In this document: positions 61,063-64,000 of the stretch, piece by piece
How positions within the stretch are numbered: the first letter of the stretch is position 1
How the letters are laid out: each line of letters begins with the position of its first letter
NCBI GenBank assembly: GCA_963772835.1
Contig: CAVYYZ010000012.1
Span: 64,001-128,000, forward strand
Direction of reading: 5' to 3'
DNA from: an uncultured delta proteobacterium
Lineage (GTDB): Bacteria; Desulfobacterota; Desulfuromonadia; Geobacterales; Pseudopelobacteraceae
Length of the DNA stretch: 64,000 bases
Notes under the pieces: generated by a model
The model's input: the letters and a program-made list of their open reading frames with translations, nothing else
What the model was told of the DNA's origin: nothing
Databases searched by the model: none
Program-made: the position numbers and the translations under genes

Positions 61063-61623
61063 ATGACGCACCAATCGGAAATCCTGCATTACGCCGTCTC
61101 GGTGGTCGGAAAAGACCGTCCCGGCATCGTGGCCGCCATCACCGAAGGCTTATTCAACCTCGGCTGCAATATAGCCGATTCCAGCTGCACGATGCTGGGT
61201 GGTGAATTTGCCATGATCCTGATTGTTTCACTGAAAAAGCCGTTCAGCAAATCACGGCTGATTGACGAGTTGAAGCCGATCTGTGACGGGCTGGGGATGA
61301 CTCTCGGAGTGCGCACGCTCCATTCCGACGAGGTGGCCCGCCAGGAGCCCGACGGAGAGATCTGCATGATTTCGGTGTATGGAGCCGACCAGCCGGGTAT
61401 CGTCTATCGCGTCACCAAAGAGCTGGCCTCACGCAGCATAAATATAACCGATCTGAACACCAAGTTAATCGGCACAGAAGAAGAGCCGGTTTATGTGCTG
61501 ATGCTCGAAATTGCACTGCCGGAGGGTGAGAGCGCCGAAGGGGTGGAGCAGACGCTGGCCGCTCTGAAAAAAGAGCTGAACGTGGAGATCGGCGTACGGG
61601 TCATAACACCGGTGGCTTTCTAA
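61063..61623 (+). CDS. Tandem ACT-domain protein (GcvR-like)
   Basis: GKDRPGIV and GADQPGIV ACT motifs. Confidence 0.88.
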   Translation: MTHQSEILHYAVSVVGKDRPGIVAAITEGLFNLGCNIADSSCTMLGGEFAMILIVSLKKPFSKSRLIDELKPICDGLGMTLGVRTLHSDEVARQEPDGEICMISVYGADQPGIVYRVTKELASRSINITDLNTKLIGTEEEPVYVLMLEIALPEGESAEGVEQTLAALKKELNVEIGVRVITPVAF

Positions 61624-61625
61624 CG

Positions 61626-62129
61626 ATGCCTATACAACCTATTCTAAAGTATCCCCACCCAGTGTTGAAAAAGCTCTGTCATCGAGTCGAGCAGATCGAC
61701 CGGAACATCCATACTCTTATTCAGGATCTGATCGATACCATGCATGACGGTCCCGGTTCCGTGGGTGTGGCCGCCTCGCAGATCGGTGTGACACTGCGGG
61801 TCTGTGTAGTGGATGTTTCCAGAAATCGTCACGGCAAAGATAACAACCACGGTCTGCTGTGCATGATCAACCCCGAGATTATCAACCGCAGCGGTTCGGC
61901 AACCATGCGCGAAGGATGCATGAGTGTGCCGGACTACACCGGCGATGTTGATCGCGCCACCGAGATCACCCTGCAGTTCAGCGAACCCGACGGGACACTG
62001 CAGCTGATTGCCGTCAGTGGTTTTGAGGCGGTGGCCGTCCAGCACGAAATGGATCATCTGGACGGCATCCTGTTTCTGGACAGGGTGACCAGCATCAAAA
62101 CCGGACTTTTCCGGCGGAAGAATTATTAA
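61626..62129 (+). CDS. def: Peptide deformylase
   Basis: VGVAASQIG, EGCMS, QHEMDHLDG. Confidence 0.95.
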   Translation: MPIQPILKYPHPVLKKLCHRVEQIDRNIHTLIQDLIDTMHDGPGSVGVAASQIGVTLRVCVVDVSRNRHGKDNNHGLLCMINPEIINRSGSATMREGCMSVPDYTGDVDRATEITLQFSEPDGTLQLIAVSGFEAVAVQHEMDHLDGILFLDRVTSIKTGLFRRKNY

Positions 62130-62152
62130 CCCTGAATGCAATATTTCATTAC

Positions 62153-62280
62153 CCACTAAGACACTAAGACCACTAATCAACAGATAAAAACATGCGTTTT
62201 CCCATTTACGATATTGGTTCACCTTCAGGCATTCACTGACTTTAAAATATTTTTTCTCCGTGTTCTTGGTGCCTTAGTGG
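62153..62280. repeat. Intergenic inverted repeat built from 8-9-bp tandem units (CACTAAG-type)
   Basis: CCACTAAGACACTAAGACCACTAA ... CTCCGTGTTCTTGGTGCCTTAGTGG. Confidence 0.7.
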
Positions 62281-62328
62281 TGATATTTGATTTTACAGAT
62301 TGATTTTACGGATTTGCGGGGTGAAGAG

Positions 62329-62874
62329 ATGTCGGATCTTTTGACCAAAAAAGAGCAGAAGGAACTGCTGAAGATTGCCAGATGCACGATTGTTGATTAT
62401 GTCACCGACCGGAAGGTTCCGGCCATTGCCCCGACATCACCGGGGCTGAACCTTCACTCAGGCTGTTTCGTCACGGTCAAACAGAAGGGGGATCTGCGGG
62501 GATGTATCGGCAATTTCGTTTCTGAACAACCGCTGTTCCAGTTGGTACAGGAGATGGCTGTCTCGGCCGCTACCCGTGACCCTCGATTTTACCCGATGAA
62601 GGCTGCAGACCTGGCCGATTTCACGCTCGATATTTCTGTCCTTTCGCCGTTGGAAAAAGCCGCATCGGTTGAGGAAATTCAAGTCGGAAAACATGGCATA
62701 TATATTGTCAAAGGGAGTTATCGAGGTGTGCTGCTGCCCCAGGTAGCGACCGAATACGGCTGGAATCGCGACCAGTTCCTGCAGCATACTTGCACCAAGG
62801 CAGGCCTGCCTCAGGACGCCTGGCAGGGGGAATGTGAAATTTACATTTTCAGCGCTCAGGTTTTCGGGGAGTAA
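62329..62874 (+). CDS. AmmeMemoRadiSam system protein A (AMMECR1 domain)
   Basis: GCFVT, LRGCIG, AATRDPRF, GVLLPQVA. Confidence 0.92.
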   Translation: MSDLLTKKEQKELLKIARCTIVDYVTDRKVPAIAPTSPGLNLHSGCFVTVKQKGDLRGCIGNFVSEQPLFQLVQEMAVSAATRDPRFYPMKAADLADFTLDISVLSPLEKAASVEEIQVGKHGIYIVKGSYRGVLLPQVATEYGWNRDQFLQHTCTKAGLPQDAWQGECEIYIFSAQVFGE

Positions 62875-63748
62875 TATACGATATCCCGCTAACCCGCTCG
62901 GCAAACACACCATCAAGCGGCGCAGCAACTACAACCTCTCCCCCTCTGGAAAGCTGAAACGTCATCGCAGAGCAGTGCAGCATCATACGCCCGGCGGGCA
63001 GACCGCCATAGGTAGCATCACCAAGTATCGGCAGACCGACAGAAGCAAGATGCACCCTGATCTGATGAGTGCGGCCGGTTAGCGGTTTTGCTTCCACCAG
63101 CGAAATATCATCGGATGATGACAGCGTGCGAAATTCGGTACTCGATGATTTACCGCCGTCAACGATGCCGTACCGTGCCGAGGCAACCTTGCCGATCGGT
63201 GCGTCCACTCTCCACGCCTCCTGGTCAGGCCGGCCACACACCAGCGCCAGATACCGCTTTTCGACCAAACCGTCCTGAAACTGTTTTGAAAGCCAGGCCG
63301 CTGCCTGTCTGTTCTTCGGGAAGAGCATCGTTCCGGAGGTGCCACGATCGAGACGATGGACAACCCGGGCCGGTTCACTGTTCCCCTGGGCCTTGAAATA
63401 TTCTGAAACCCAGTATTCGAGCGTCCCCTTCAACTGATAGGGGGTTCGCTGGCTGTTGATCCCGGCCGGTTTGTTGACGGCGATCAGCTCCGCATCCTCA
63501 TACAACAGAGCCTCGGGCGGCAGCTGCAGTTCCTGAAACCGCCCCGCCTCCATAATGCCGATTTCGATGACATCATTCGCCTTGACACCCCGTGACGCCA
63601 CCCGCACCAGAGCGACGTTAACCGTGCAGCCCCCGCGGTCAATGATGCGGCGCGCCTCCGATTTGCTGACCCCTGTGCAGAGCACGGCGATGGCATCATC
63701 GAGACGGAGGTTGTGCTGCTCTTTACCAACTGTTTTTCGAAGTATCAT
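62849..63748 (-). CDS. RluA/RluD family pseudouridine synthase with S4-like domain
   Basis: VNKPAG, HRLDRGTSG, TGRTHQIRVH, PILGD. Confidence 0.93.
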   Translation of the reverse strand: MILRKTVGKEQHNLRLDDAIAVLCTGVSKSEARRIIDRGGCTVNVALVRVASRGVKANDVIEIGIMEAGRFQELQLPPEALLYEDAELIAVNKPAGINSQRTPYQLKGTLEYWVSEYFKAQGNSEPARVVHRLDRGTSGTMLFPKNRQAAAWLSKQFQDGLVEKRYLALVCGRPDQEAWRVDAPIGKVASARYGIVDGGKSSSTEFRTLSSSDDISLVEAKPLTGRTHQIRVHLASVGLPILGDATYGGLPAGRMMLHCSAMTFQLSRGGEVVVAAPLDGVFAERVSGISYITPRKPER

Positions 63749-63832
63749 GCAGTCGTAGTACCTTTTTTACGAGCCGATTACAAACTAATTCCCGATGGCT
63801 AAAGCCCCCTGATTCTGCTAGTCTCTGCCGCT

Positions 63833-64000
63833 ATGAGCGATCACCCCTTCACCATACCGGCACTGCGCGGGCCGGTGCCGTTATCGCATCTGTTTCTGCA
63901 CAGTTTTGTGCGGGACGGTCAGTGCGTCGTAGATGCAACCTGCGGCAACGGCCATGATACCGTACTATTGGCCCGCCTGGTCGGCGAGAGAGGCCATGTC
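63833..64000 (+). CDS. SAM-dependent methyltransferase (YtqB/MnmM-like), 3'-partial
   Basis: Hand translation MSDHPFTIPALRGPVPLSHLFLHSFVRDGQCVVDATCGNGHDTVLLARLVG. Confidence 0.8.
   Translation, partial: MSDHPFTIPALRGPVPLSHLFLHSFVRDGQCVVDATCGNGHDTVLLARLVGERGHV

Overview
Chromosomal window from a Geobacteraceae-type Desulfuromonadia bacterium (ImcH/CbcL/PpcA-type cytochromes, Geobacter-type GEMM-Ib riboswitches). It contains: a 5'-extended PcrA/UvrD helicase; a TPR-ablA-ablB-mscS-marC run (N-acetyl-beta-lysine osmolyte); MATE, IHF, radical SAM and ssb genes; two tandem GEMM-I (probably 3',3'-cGAMP) riboswitches ahead of a secreted RCC1-repeat protein; an ABC exporter; an assimilatory sulfate/cysteine cluster (Rrf2-cysK-sir, lhgO, hypothetical-DASS-cysH-cysD-cysN); a DnaA-box cluster, PilZ gene and tRNA-Lys; acetate permease; dksA; tol-pal; coaBC; ferredoxin/rubredoxin; a ~15 kb electron-transfer locus (two cytochrome/FeS/NrfD modules, c7-type cytochromes, PpcA-like, CbcL, ImcH; 42 heme motifs counted); and housekeeping genes (trxB, ilvA, ROK kinase, Mo-oxidoreductase, def, RluA). 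No transposase, integrase or CRISPR array was found. The main leads are a CysN with an unknown C-terminal domain ending in a CysE-like CysK-docking peptide (DYGTGI), the tandem riboswitch-RCC1 locus, a four-copy Rrf2 operator motif, a DARS-like DnaA-box core, and the clustered electron-transfer locus with a duplicated promoter. All product calls are from motif recognition, not database searches.
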